From positions 124,001-188,000 of the IMG/VR virus record IMGVR_UViG_3300040801_004532: a stretch of 64,000 nt of DNA; one strand, written 5' to 3'. Shown one piece after another: positions 1 through 9,162 of the stretch. The stretch's first letter is position 1; each line of letters begins with the position of its first letter. The position numbers and the translations under genes were made by a program. The notes beneath the pieces were generated by a model. That model made no database searches. It saw only the letters and a list, made by a program, of their open reading frames with translations, and had not been told where the DNA came from.

Positions 1-426
1 CACGAAGATAATATTAAGTTGGCGATTTCAAATTTATATCCTGATGTAAGAAAAATAGTCAATGCCCTACAACGAGCTTCTTGGGGTGGGAAATTAGACA
101 TCAAAGAGTCTGATGTTATATCAAATGAAAAACGAATAATTTCTTTCATTCTTGAAATTATTAGCAATATTGAAAAAGGGCAAGACAAAAAACTTGGTGG
201 GATTGTAAATTCAATTGTTGAAATTGTTTCAACATTAGATCTTGAATATAGGAATATTTATACTGAGTTATTCTTTTCAACAATACCTGCTCCAGCAAAA
301 ATTGTTATAAATAAATATTCAAACGGTCATCAAAATTGTCTTGTTCCACATATGCATTTTATGGCGATGGTATTTGATATTATCAAAGCATTGCAAGGAT
401 ATAGAAAAGCTTTAATGGGAAAGTAA
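1..426 (+). CDS. Clamp loader (RFC / T4 gp44-like) subunit, C-terminal part; starts before the window
   Basis: Frame 1 is open from base 1; YPDVRKIVNALQR resembles the RFC/gp44 sensor-2 region (xPDxRxxxNxLQ); next to primase and clamp-like genes. Confidence 0.6.
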   Translation, partial: HEDNIKLAISNLYPDVRKIVNALQRASWGGKLDIKESDVISNEKRIISFILEIISNIEKGQDKKLGGIVNSIVEIVSTLDLEYRNIYTELFFSTIPAPAKIVINKYSNGHQNCLVPHMHFMAMVFDIIKALQGYRKALMGK

Positions 427-427
427 A

Positions 428-760
428 ATGTATTTAGATGATACTCAAGAAAAGCGGGCTCTGAATCTGTATGAGCATTTGAAACGACAAGATGTAGACT
501 GTTTGAAAACTATTGGTATAGAAAAATGTGAAAAATGTAGTGGTACTGGATTATCTAAAATTTTTGGTGTAGAGGGAGATATTGGTTGGATACCTGGAAA
601 TTACTGTGAGAAATGTAGTGGGTTGGGGTTTGTTGGTGTTTTGGATGAATGGCAAGTTGATTTAATACATTACGTATGTAGAAAATGTGGAGGGTCTGGT
701 TGTTCAAAATGTAAATATAAAGGTGTAGTTGATTGGGTAGCACACACAATGGGAGAATGA
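428..760 (+). CDS. DnaJ-type CxxCxGxG zinc-finger protein
   Basis: CEKCSGTG, CEKCSGLG, CRKCGGSG, CSKCKYKG..DWV. Confidence 0.65.
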   Translation: MYLDDTQEKRALNLYEHLKRQDVDCLKTIGIEKCEKCSGTGLSKIFGVEGDIGWIPGNYCEKCSGLGFVGVLDEWQVDLIHYVCRKCGGSGCSKCKYKGVVDWVAHTMGE

Positions 761-761
761 A

Positions 762-1181
762 ATGAAATGGTACTGGGTATGTGGGGGAGATCCAAGAAAT
801 GGAAGGATTGTATTTAATGTAATTAAATGTACTAGAAGTAAAATTCGTGCACATTTGCTGGCAGCCACTAAAAAAAATGAAGACCCAAATTTTGATTATT
901 GGGTCAGAGAAGATGTTGAACATTCAGATCCAGATTACAAGCAGTATAAATGCCCGGCCTGTGGAAATGAAATGAGTAAAAGAGAGCTTAGTGATACATG
1001 GGATTGGGCGGGGCCACATTGTAATGAATGTGGTTGTACGGGTATGGCCATGTTTGCTGCAGTAACAAAAAAACCAATAACCACTGGGTACCAGGCATTA
1101 AGGGCAAAATTTGCTTCGATTCTTGGATGGGAAAAATTAGAAGAAATTGATAAGGAAGTTAAAAGAGAGAGAAACGAATGA
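762..1181 (+). CDS. Hypothetical zinc-ribbon protein
   Basis: CPACG...CNECGC; tightly coupled to neighbours. Confidence 0.5.
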   Translation: MKWYWVCGGDPRNGRIVFNVIKCTRSKIRAHLLAATKKNEDPNFDYWVREDVEHSDPDYKQYKCPACGNEMSKRELSDTWDWAGPHCNECGCTGMAMFAAVTKKPITTGYQALRAKFASILGWEKLEEIDKEVKRERNE

Positions 1182-2209
1182 TCGGAATTTATCATGACGA
1201 TTTTATTGATTATTTAAAGGAAAAGTTGGGACCAGTTCGAACTACCTCCAAAAATATAATCACACCCTGTCCATGGTGTGAATACGGAAAAGAAAAAGAT
1301 CATTACCATTTATATATTTCTTTGGAAGCTCCAATTTTTCACTGTTTTCATGCTGGATGTGAGCAGAGTGGAATATTAAGAAAATTCCTAAAGCGAATTG
1401 AAGGGCATGATATCTCAGATACTTTCATTGATCAAAATAAATTATCTGAGTTTAAAAGAAAAGAAAGAATATTAACTGAATATGATAAGGGTTTAAAAAA
1501 TGTTATTCTTCCAGAAATAAGATCAGGACAATTTACTTTAAAAGAAATGTATTTAATGAAGAGATTGAAATTTGCAAATATACACTTAAGTCAAATAAAA
1601 GGTTTGATTTTTGATGTGTACGAATTTATAAAAGTGAATCAAATCCCGAAAGACGAAACTCTGTTTAGACTTGAAGATTACCTTCATAACAATTTTATTG
1701 GATTTTTAACGGAACATGGGACAACAGCAATATTTAGAAACATAGATAATACCCATTCAATGAGATATTATAAACTGAAGATTCAGCAATCAACATTCGT
1801 TGATTATTATAAATTACCTGGCAATAATCCAAATTCAAGGAAAATTGTTCTTTCTGAAGGAATATTTGATATTTTTTCAGAACACACATATGATAACCTA
1901 AATATTAAAAATGGAGTAAAGTTATATGCATCAGCCTTATCTTCAAAATATAGTATGCTTGTTAAAAGCATAGTTTATTATGAACAGGTATTTAGACCAG
2001 AAGTTATAATCTTATCTGACCGTGGAATCAAATTACAAGATTATGAAAACCTTAAATTCTACAATAATCATATAATTGATACATTGAAAGTTTATTATAA
2101 TAAAACTGGAAAAGATTTCAATGACTCTCCAGTTACTCCAGTAATGGAAGTTATAGATAATAAAAAAAGAAGGAGACGACCAAATGACAGACAGATCTTA
2201 CATAAGTGA
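1178..2209 (+). CDS. Phage DNA primase (Zn finger + TOPRIM)
   Basis: N-terminal CPWC..H..CFHAGC; TOPRIM motifs LSEGIFD and ILSDRG; GKDFND. Confidence 0.8.
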   Translation: MIGIYHDDFIDYLKEKLGPVRTTSKNIITPCPWCEYGKEKDHYHLYISLEAPIFHCFHAGCEQSGILRKFLKRIEGHDISDTFIDQNKLSEFKRKERILTEYDKGLKNVILPEIRSGQFTLKEMYLMKRLKFANIHLSQIKGLIFDVYEFIKVNQIPKDETLFRLEDYLHNNFIGFLTEHGTTAIFRNIDNTHSMRYYKLKIQQSTFVDYYKLPGNNPNSRKIVLSEGIFDIFSEHTYDNLNIKNGVKLYASALSSKYSMLVKSIVYYEQVFRPEVIILSDRGIKLQDYENLKFYNNHIIDTLKVYYNKTGKDFNDSPVTPVMEVIDNKKRRRRPNDRQILHK

Positions 2210-2573
2210 AAAGTTAAAAGAGATTTTTGAAGATACAGTTGAATCTGGTTTGATTTATGAAGGTGATTTAGATCAAATAGATTATTATTCTCTTTTTTGT
2301 AAAACAGCAGCAAATAAGAAGCTGTATAAATTAATGGGTAATAATTTATGCATGTTAAAATGTAAATACGAAAATCAAGATTCAGTTTTGATAGTTTCAT
2401 TTATTCCAATTAATGTAGATGAAACTGGAGCAAAAAGTATTGCCGAAAGAGTCATTGAGGTTGTTTCTAATTTGGAAAGTTGTTTTGTAACCTTAGATAG
2501 TTTAAAATCAGAAGAGGTAAAAGAAGATAAATTCATCTATGTTACAGCAGTAAAAACCATAAAGGGAGACTAA
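2184..2573 (+). CDS. Hypothetical protein
   Basis: 129-aa ORF in the operon. Confidence 0.5.
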   Translation: MTDRSYISEKLKEIFEDTVESGLIYEGDLDQIDYYSLFCKTAANKKLYKLMGNNLCMLKCKYENQDSVLIVSFIPINVDETGAKSIAERVIEVVSNLESCFVTLDSLKSEEVKEDKFIYVTAVKTIKGD

Positions 2574-2574
2574 A

Positions 2575-2742
2575 ATGAACGAGAAGAAAGCTAAAAGACT
2601 GAGAAAATATATATTAAAGAATATGGATGAAGTATTGTTTTTAATACGAAATGAATTTGGAGCATTAACTGAAGAGATGGGTCCCAGAGCTGTTTACCAA
2701 AATGCTAAAAAATTATACTACCAAGGGAAACTAAATGTCTAA
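2575..2742 (+). CDS. Small hypothetical protein (55 aa, not in ORF track)
   Basis: ATG at 2575 after GGGAG; MNEKKAKRLRKY...KLNV*; fills the gap between neighbours. Confidence 0.45.
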   Translation: MNEKKAKRLRKYILKNMDEVLFLIRNEFGALTEEMGPRAVYQNAKKLYYQGKLNV

Positions 2743-2983
2743 TGGGGTTTATGTGTGCCCGATTTGTGGTGGTGTCGGATGGCATTTGAATAATGATCAT
2801 TATTATGCCTCATTGTGCTCATTATGTAATGGGAAGGGAGAAATTGATTGGGTAACAAAAATAATGAAACCCAAAAAGACAAAGGAACATGAAAATATAT
2901 TATCCTTACATGATTTCATAAAAAAACAATATAAAGGATTTAACAAAACAAAAAATGAAGGAGAGACGAATGACAAGAATTGA
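2735..2983 (+). CDS. DnaJ-type zinc-finger protein (paralog of 428..760)
   Basis: CPICGGVG...CSLCNGKGEIDWV. Confidence 0.6.
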   Translation: MSNGVYVCPICGGVGWHLNNDHYYASLCSLCNGKGEIDWVTKIMKPKKTKEHENILSLHDFIKKQYKGFNKTKNEGETNDKN

Positions 2984-3734
2984 ATTGGACGCAGAGGACT
3001 TTAATTCGTTGTTGAGATGTTTAATGAATCTAAAGGATCATTGTAATGATGTGGATATTAGGGGTGGATTTGTAAGACAAAGATCAAATGATGTAACCTC
3101 TGTTTTTGAATTTGATCTTACCTCAATAATTGGAGATATTAGTCTTCCCATTTCTGACCTAAAACAGAAACTGGATCTATTGAAAATTTTTGCTGGACAA
3201 GATGTTAGTGTTGAGGTTGAAGAAGGGGAAGATGAATCCAGCAGCTTTTTTACAATTGCTGATGAAATGTCTTCAATCAAATTTATGTTTCCTACCCTTC
3301 AATTTATGGATAATAAATATATGACAACTCAAGAACTTGAAAGTATTTTTAATCTTGATGATAATGATACATTTTTAAGTACAGAGATGACAAAGGTTAT
3401 TACTGACAGAATTAGAGTTATTTCTGAAAACTTCAATATTAAAGCGATTCAGGTTAAGTTTGAGAGAGACAAAGCTAGGGTCGTCTGTTCAACTCAATCA
3501 AAAGATCAGTTTGCATCATTTACACAAGATATCCCAACAACAATTGATTTTGAAGAAAACTATCTATCCAATTTGGGAACAGTTCCATTTTGTATTGACC
3601 ATGATACACCATTGACCTTTAAAATGTTCAAGGTCCCGGATCAAGAAATTTCATATAATAAATTTGAAACAGAACTAGGTTCAGTTGAGATAAAAATTTA
3701 TTCTAGATCATCTCTTGTTTCCGACGAAGAATAA
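2955..3734 (+). CDS. Putative DNA sliding clamp (gp45/PCNA-like)
   Basis: About 255 aa, acidic, alternating beta/alpha pattern, near clamp loader and primase; context-based. Confidence 0.45.
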   Translation: MKERRMTRIELDAEDFNSLLRCLMNLKDHCNDVDIRGGFVRQRSNDVTSVFEFDLTSIIGDISLPISDLKQKLDLLKIFAGQDVSVEVEEGEDESSSFFTIADEMSSIKFMFPTLQFMDNKYMTTQELESIFNLDDNDTFLSTEMTKVITDRIRVISENFNIKAIQVKFERDKARVVCSTQSKDQFASFTQDIPTTIDFEENYLSNLGTVPFCIDHDTPLTFKMFKVPDQEISYNKFETELGSVEIKIYSRSSLVSDEE

Positions 3735-3745
3735 AGGGGTAAATA

Positions 3746-4873
3746 ATGCACCCATCTAGTCTTTTGTCGTATTATCCAACCTATGCAATTTTAGATGAAA
3801 TTGTTTCTTATGGACCATATAAAAAACTAAATGTTTTTATTGATTTGAAAAACGCATTACAAACAACATATATGGAACATGCGATCATTAATATTGTTGA
3901 GTCATCTAAAAAGTCAAAATATTTAGACACGTCAATTTTCTCGTCGTTAATATCCTTCCTTTCATTTCATAAAATATACGGGATTAAACGAGGAATTGAT
4001 ATTGATTTTTATATCTTTTTTGAAACAGGTCAATCTTTATATCATAAAAACATAAGCAAAAAATATAAGATTTCAAGAAAGATTGATAGTTTGTATGGAC
4101 TCGAGAGAGCAGATCGAGATTTGTTTTATCGAGTCCTACAATCAAATTTTAGATTGATTGAACAAGCATGTAATAAGATGCCTTCATTGAAGGTTATACG
4201 GATGCCAAATCTTGAGGCTGATTTTATACCATACTATTTAATCACAAGAAATAAAGTGATTCAAGGGGAAGAGGTTGCTAGTGTAATCTATTCTAACGAT
4301 CACGACCTTTGGCAGTGTGCGAATAAAGATGTTTATATTTTTTCAAAATCTGCAAAGAGAAAAAGAATCATAAAATGTGGAAATATAATGACCACCTTTT
4401 TAGGAAAGAAGTGTGAAATCAACGATTCATTTTTTCCTTTAGCAATGAGTGTAATAGGTGATCAAGGCGACGATGTTGATGGTATTAAGAATGTTGGTCC
4501 GTCAAGATTCATTGAAATTTTTTCGCAGTTGATTTCTTTAACTGGTGATATGGAATCAATATTCAATAAAGTTGAGAACAAACAACCCTTGTTGGATTCA
4601 ATTCCACCCAGCATCTCGAACAAACATTTGAAGAAAGTAGTAGATGAAGAAATTGCGAATGAGGTAATCACAAAAAATTTGAGATTGGTTTCGTTTGAGT
4701 TGATTTCAAGAGCATTAGACAATCCTGATAAAACTGAAATGATTGAGAAACGAACCATAATTGAGAATATAATTAACAACGATCAGATATATCCCGTCGA
4801 CGCTTTAAAAACTGCATTAGAAAAGACAGGGGTGTTTCTAGAAGAAAGTTCAATAGATTTCTTATATATATGA
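3746..4873 (+). CDS. 5'-3' exonuclease / flap endonuclease (T4 RNase H-like)
   Basis: FIDL, LEADFI, YSNDHDL, GDQGDDVDGIKNVG (H3TH) motifs. Confidence 0.8.
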   Translation: MHPSSLLSYYPTYAILDEIVSYGPYKKLNVFIDLKNALQTTYMEHAIINIVESSKKSKYLDTSIFSSLISFLSFHKIYGIKRGIDIDFYIFFETGQSLYHKNISKKYKISRKIDSLYGLERADRDLFYRVLQSNFRLIEQACNKMPSLKVIRMPNLEADFIPYYLITRNKVIQGEEVASVIYSNDHDLWQCANKDVYIFSKSAKRKRIIKCGNIMTTFLGKKCEINDSFFPLAMSVIGDQGDDVDGIKNVGPSRFIEIFSQLISLTGDMESIFNKVENKQPLLDSIPPSISNKHLKKVVDEEIANEVITKNLRLVSFELISRALDNPDKTEMIEKRTIIENIINNDQIYPVDALKTALEKTGVFLEESSIDFLYI

Positions 4874-4882
4874 GGTAAAAAT

Positions 4883-5605
4883 ATGCTTTCACAAAATGAG
4901 GTACTGACTTATATAAAGGATAATTTGGGGTGGCCATTTATGCACCTTGAACTTGAAGACGAAAAGATAGTTGAGTATACTACGGAACATACGTTGAAAG
5001 AATTTACATACTATGTTCCGCAGGTTTGGAAAACCAGTTTAAATCTTGACCTGGCCAGAAATAAGGTTCCTGGTGTTGCGAATGAATGGTATATTTTTGA
5101 CGACCAGGGATTAGAAATTTTAAACGTGATTGATTTTTATACGACATCTGGCGAGCTTTATCTTCATGGTCATCCACCTCTAGGGCCAATGAGTATGGGC
5201 GAGCTTCCTGACTGGGCACTGTCAGTAAGTAATGCTATGACTGTAAAGATGTTTTCATCCTTTGATTACACCTTTGAATTTAGACATCCAAATATAATCC
5301 GAATATCTCCATTACCATCTTCGACTTTGGGGATCATAACTGTTGAATATGAGAGAGAACAACCTCATGATTTAAGTGGTGTACCAAATGATTTACATGA
5401 ATATTTCAAGAAGTTAGCGTTAGCTGATATAATGATGGTTATCGGTAGAATCCGAAAACGATATGGTGGTGGAAATTTAAGAACTCCATTTGGGGAAATT
5501 CCGCTTGAAAGCGACATCTATGACGAGGGGAAAGAACTTAAAAGAGAAGTCATTGAAGTACTTGAGAGGTTGTACATCCCAAATGTCAGAATTGACCACG
5601 GGTAA
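4883..5605 (+). CDS. Putative neck/head-completion protein (T4 gp13-like)
   Basis: YIKDNLGWP..LEL N-terminus and GRIRKRY..IYDEG C-terminus resemble gp13-like neck proteins. Confidence 0.55.
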   Translation: MLSQNEVLTYIKDNLGWPFMHLELEDEKIVEYTTEHTLKEFTYYVPQVWKTSLNLDLARNKVPGVANEWYIFDDQGLEILNVIDFYTTSGELYLHGHPPLGPMSMGELPDWALSVSNAMTVKMFSSFDYTFEFRHPNIIRISPLPSSTLGIITVEYEREQPHDLSGVPNDLHEYFKKLALADIMMVIGRIRKRYGGGNLRTPFGEIPLESDIYDEGKELKREVIEVLERLYIPNVRIDHG

Positions 5606-5671
5606 AATATTTATATTCACAAGGATGAATACTATAGTAGAAATCTATTAAAAAAGAAGGTATGTTAAATC

Positions 5672-6172
5672 ATGGTTAAGAAAAAGGTTGATAAAAAGAA
5701 TTGTATGTTTGTTGGACTAGATCCATCTTACAATGCGTTTGGTATAATTGTCGTTGATCAAGATGGTGAAATTGTTGAGAAAAAACTCCTGAAAAGTAAT
5801 ACAAATGATGAAGCAGAAGATCGAATAATAGAGATGGAAAAAGAATTTAAATTCATCCCTAATATTTATTGTCTTGAAACTGTTTACATTGAGGGGCCAT
5901 CATACTCAAGCACTGGAGCATTTGTCTTGCAAATGGGGGCTTTGCATTACTATCTGAGAATTTTTTTTCGTAAAAAAAATATTGATTATAGGATTATTCC
6001 TCCCGGAACACTTAAAAAATTTGTTGCTGGCGAAGGAAAAGGTAATGCAAAAAAAGAATTGATGTTACTCAAAGTCTATAAGAAATGGGGGGTTGAATTT
6101 GATGATAACAACCTTGCTGATGCTTATAGTCTAGCCAGAATGGCACTGGAGGATTTTAAAAATGGGAGTTGA
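5672..6172 (+). CDS. ruvC: Holliday junction resolvase, RuvC-like
   Basis: VGLDPS, YIEG, PGTLKKFVAG.G.AKK, DNNLADAY catalytic pattern. Confidence 0.85.
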   Translation: MVKKKVDKKNCMFVGLDPSYNAFGIIVVDQDGEIVEKKLLKSNTNDEAEDRIIEMEKEFKFIPNIYCLETVYIEGPSYSSTGAFVLQMGALHYYLRIFFRKKNIDYRIIPPGTLKKFVAGEGKGNAKKELMLLKVYKKWGVEFDDNNLADAYSLARMALEDFKNGS

Positions 6173-6593
6173 AAAATATCTAAATAAACTACAAGAAGCC
6201 ATTAAAAAAGGCGATCACCTAAAATGTGAAATTTGCGGCAGAACTGTAACCGTAAATAAAGCAGGTAGGGGACCCTTAATTTGCTGTGGTGAAGCAATGC
6301 AAAAAATTGGAATGGTTGTTGAGGCTGGATGGTCTGGAACACCAAAGGGTTGGGATGAAAAAAGCATAAAGAAATTTGCAAAAAGTCTTGTAAAGGGTGG
6401 CGCGAAGAAAGAAAACTTTTTTGATAAGTGCGTAAATAAAATGAAGGATGAAGCTGAGTTCAATGAAGATCGTGCGAAGAGATTTTGTGCGGGAATTAAA
6501 GATGAAGTGTATGGTTCTACTTATTGGAGGGGCAAAGGAAAGACTCCACAAGAAGTAGGCAAAGATGTTAAAAAACATAAAAATGTTGATTAA
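6162..6593 (+). CDS. Protein with desulforedoxin / desulfoferrodoxin N-terminal Fe(Cys)4 domain
   Basis: KCEICGRTVTVNKAGRGPLICCGEAM matches CxxCG-V-G-LxCCGxxM. Confidence 0.75.
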   Translation: MGVEKYLNKLQEAIKKGDHLKCEICGRTVTVNKAGRGPLICCGEAMQKIGMVVEAGWSGTPKGWDEKSIKKFAKSLVKGGAKKENFFDKCVNKMKDEAEFNEDRAKRFCAGIKDEVYGSTYWRGKGKTPQEVGKDVKKHKNVD

Positions 6594-6604
6594 GGAGTAA
6601 TGAG

Positions 6605-6919
6605 ATGAAATTAGTTGGTAACTATTTATCATATCTATATAGTGATCTTAGACCACAAGCTAAGGAATGGCGTGGTGCAAACAGACCCTATGGAGACGAT
6701 AGTTGTAGGCCCAATTTAATAATCAAATGCTTTGCACTTGAAAGTAGTCCGGCGAAGATAAGATGTTTGCGTAAACTACGAGATCAGGTAGCAATGAATC
6801 CATTTTATCAACATCGAATAGATCGGTTTATTGATGCAATAACACAGACATATGAGCCGACAGATTACCCCGGAACGATCCCGGGAAATGAATTTAAATA
6901 TCCAGAGGGCAAGGAGTAA
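6605..6919 (+). CDS. Hypothetical protein (N-terminal YLxxL motif)
   Basis: RBS AGGAG; MKLVGNYLSYLYSD. Confidence 0.5.
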   Translation: MKLVGNYLSYLYSDLRPQAKEWRGANRPYGDDSCRPNLIIKCFALESSPAKIRCLRKLRDQVAMNPFYQHRIDRFIDAITQTYEPTDYPGTIPGNEFKYPEGKE

Positions 6920-6921
6920 TC

Positions 6922-7257
6922 ATGACTATAGTTGATCGTTATTTAACTTATTTACATGAACGAGCATGGGACTATGATCAAAATTGGGAAAACCAAATTG
7001 ATATAAAACTTATACGTGATCTAATTGGCAAGAAAGATATTGATCAGGAAAAACTTAACAAAATTAGACATATAATACAACCAATGCTTATACAACTATT
7101 TATAAATGCGGGCGGTGATTACCGTGGACGAGCAACAACAAAAAATACAACGAGTGGTGATTTTTCTGGAATGGATTGGTTAGAAAAACAATTGCCCAAA
7201 GGATGGGAAGAAAAAGCCAAAAAATACATTGAGAAGGTTGCAAGGAAACATCAATAA
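6922..7257 (+). CDS. Hypothetical protein (N-terminal YLxxLxE motif)
   Basis: RBS AGGAG; MTIVDRYLTYLHE. Confidence 0.5.
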   Translation: MTIVDRYLTYLHERAWDYDQNWENQIDIKLIRDLIGKKDIDQEKLNKIRHIIQPMLIQLFINAGGDYRGRATTKNTTSGDFSGMDWLEKQLPKGWEEKAKKYIEKVARKHQ

Positions 7258-7829
7258 TGGCTACTAGATCAGAGTTCGTAATTATCGAGCATAAAGCAAA
7301 GAGAGCGGGCCTACACTGGGATCTAAGGTTTAAAATGCCAGGATCCAATATGTGGGCTTCATTTGCAGTAAGAAAAGGTGTACCAACAGATACGGGTGTT
7401 AAGAGGTTGGCTATTAGAACACATGATCATTCAAGAAAAGAAGCATTAATGACAGGCAGAATTGAATCTGGGTATGGTGCAGGAGATTTGAAAAAATGGG
7501 ATAGTGGTTCTTGTGAAATTATTAAATATTCGATTTCACATATTGCAATTGATTTCAAGGGTAGAAAAATTAAAGGTATTTATCATCTTGTAAATACTGG
7601 TTTAAAAGATAAAAAATACGAAGGAAAACAATATTGGCTTTTCAAGGGAAAGATAAAAACTGAGTCTTGTGGAATGATAAGTCGAGTACCTCATACATGG
7701 GGTGATGAAGTAGAACGAAATGAAATTGATGATTATAGTAAGAAATTACCATGGAGTAATACAAATTCAACTGTTGGTAAACCACTTTATAAATCCCTCT
7801 CTAGTGAGGATGAGCAGGAGGAACCATGA
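7257..7829 (+). CDS. Stand-alone LigD-type DNA 3'-phosphoesterase (PE domain)
   Basis: FVIIEH.A....HWDLRF, SFAVRKGVP, KRLAIRTHDH, GYGAG...WDSG. Confidence 0.85.
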   Translation: MATRSEFVIIEHKAKRAGLHWDLRFKMPGSNMWASFAVRKGVPTDTGVKRLAIRTHDHSRKEALMTGRIESGYGAGDLKKWDSGSCEIIKYSISHIAIDFKGRKIKGIYHLVNTGLKDKKYEGKQYWLFKGKIKTESCGMISRVPHTWGDEVERNEIDDYSKKLPWSNTNSTVGKPLYKSLSSEDEQEEP

Positions 7830-7830
7830 A

Positions 7831-8334
7831 ATGAATCGGACCATAGTACTTAATGGAGATTATACATTCCTTAATACTGTAAATTGGAGAAGGGCAATTA
7901 CTCTAATTATGGCTGGCAAAGCTGAGGCCTTAAAGTATTCAGATAGAATTCTCCGATGTGCAGATGGTTCGTGTATTCGTGTTCCTTCAGTAATGAAATT
8001 ACTAAAAGTAATAAGAATGATTTATAGAAATCGTGTACCATATAGTAAAAAGAATGTTATGGTTCGTGATGGATTCAAGTGTGTATATTGTGGAATAGAT
8101 GATGGTTTAACAATTGACCATGTTATCCCACAATCACGAGGCGGCAAATCTAATTTTGAGAATTGTGTAACCTCTTGTTTTAATTGTAATAACAAAAAAG
8201 GAAACAGAACTCCAAATGAGGCAAATATGTATATGAAGCGTCGTCCTTATGCACCCACAATATCTGAGTTTTTTAGGATTAAAATGAAACAACTTGGCTT
8301 AGATAAATTTTTGAAAGAATTAGGAGTATTTTAA
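7831..8334 (+). CDS. HNH endonuclease (McrA-like)
   Basis: VLNGDY start; RDGFKCVYCG..LTIDHVIPQSRGG...NCVTSCFNCNNKKG; likely start ATG 7831 inside track ORF 7720..8334. Confidence 0.85.
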   Translation: MNRTIVLNGDYTFLNTVNWRRAITLIMAGKAEALKYSDRILRCADGSCIRVPSVMKLLKVIRMIYRNRVPYSKKNVMVRDGFKCVYCGIDDGLTIDHVIPQSRGGKSNFENCVTSCFNCNNKKGNRTPNEANMYMKRRPYAPTISEFFRIKMKQLGLDKFLKELGVF

Positions 8335-8335
8335 A

Positions 8336-9091
8336 ATGGAAAAAAATGATTATTTAGATATACTTAAATCTACTGACTTAAGACCAAAAAGAATTAATGT
8401 TGAAGATAGACGTGAAACAATCATAATGGAACAAAAAAATGGAACTGATAAAATTCATTCAGATATAATTAAATGGTTTATGGAAAATCCTAATCCATCG
8501 GATAAGATGGTTCATACATTTGCTGATCAACTTGGAATTGCGCCAGATGAATTAGAGAGTCATATCTATATGATTCTAAGCGAAATTTTATCTGAAGGAA
8601 AATCAAAGGATTATAAAGGAAGCTACGATCCAAAAGAACTCGAAATGGGAATTAAGGTTGAAGTTGAACACACCCCAAACAAATTAGTTGCTGAAAAAAT
8701 TGCAAAGGACCATTTAGCAGAAATTAAAGATTATTATTCAAGATTAAAGAAAATGGAGGGTGAAGCTGGAGTTGTTCATGAAATTTTTGTTCAGGCAAAT
8801 GAAATTGAATCTATAGAACCAGGTCCAAGACGAGATATGCAGATCCTACGTTTATCAATTATAGCTGAATATGACGCAACAAATCTATATGAAAAATTTG
8901 CAGAGTTGACAGATAATATGGACATCCGAAGAGTCCTGCTTGAGGTCGCCAATGAAGAAAAAGCTCACATTGGAGAGTTTGAACTTTTACTTGAAGATAT
9001 AGATCCTGACCATGAAGAAAATAAGGAGGAAGGCGAGGAGGAAGTTGAAGACTTAACCGATTTGGGAGCGATGCCTGAAGAAGAAGAGTAA
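8336..9091 (+). CDS. Fusion of a DUF5661-like domain and a ferritin-like (rubrerythrin/EncFtn-type) di-iron domain
   Basis: ELEMGIKVEVEHT..IAKDHLAE..DYY, then AEYDATNLY...VANEEKAHIGEF (E..ExxH). Confidence 0.7.
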   Translation: MEKNDYLDILKSTDLRPKRINVEDRRETIIMEQKNGTDKIHSDIIKWFMENPNPSDKMVHTFADQLGIAPDELESHIYMILSEILSEGKSKDYKGSYDPKELEMGIKVEVEHTPNKLVAEKIAKDHLAEIKDYYSRLKKMEGEAGVVHEIFVQANEIESIEPGPRRDMQILRLSIIAEYDATNLYEKFAELTDNMDIRRVLLEVANEEKAHIGEFELLLEDIDPDHEENKEEGEEEVEDLTDLGAMPEEEE

Positions 9092-9120
9092 ATTAAACTT
9101 TAGTATATTGTGAACTTTTT

Positions 9121-9134
9121 TAGAACAAATATAT
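9121..9134 (+). promoter_or_regulatory. Putative phage promoter motif TAGAACAAAWAT
   Basis: TAGAACAAATATAT in the intergenic gap; recurs at 12394, 14189, 27341, 28405, 31295. Confidence 0.5.
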
Positions 9135-9162
9135 CTATAAAACGAATAATGAAGGGGGAAAA

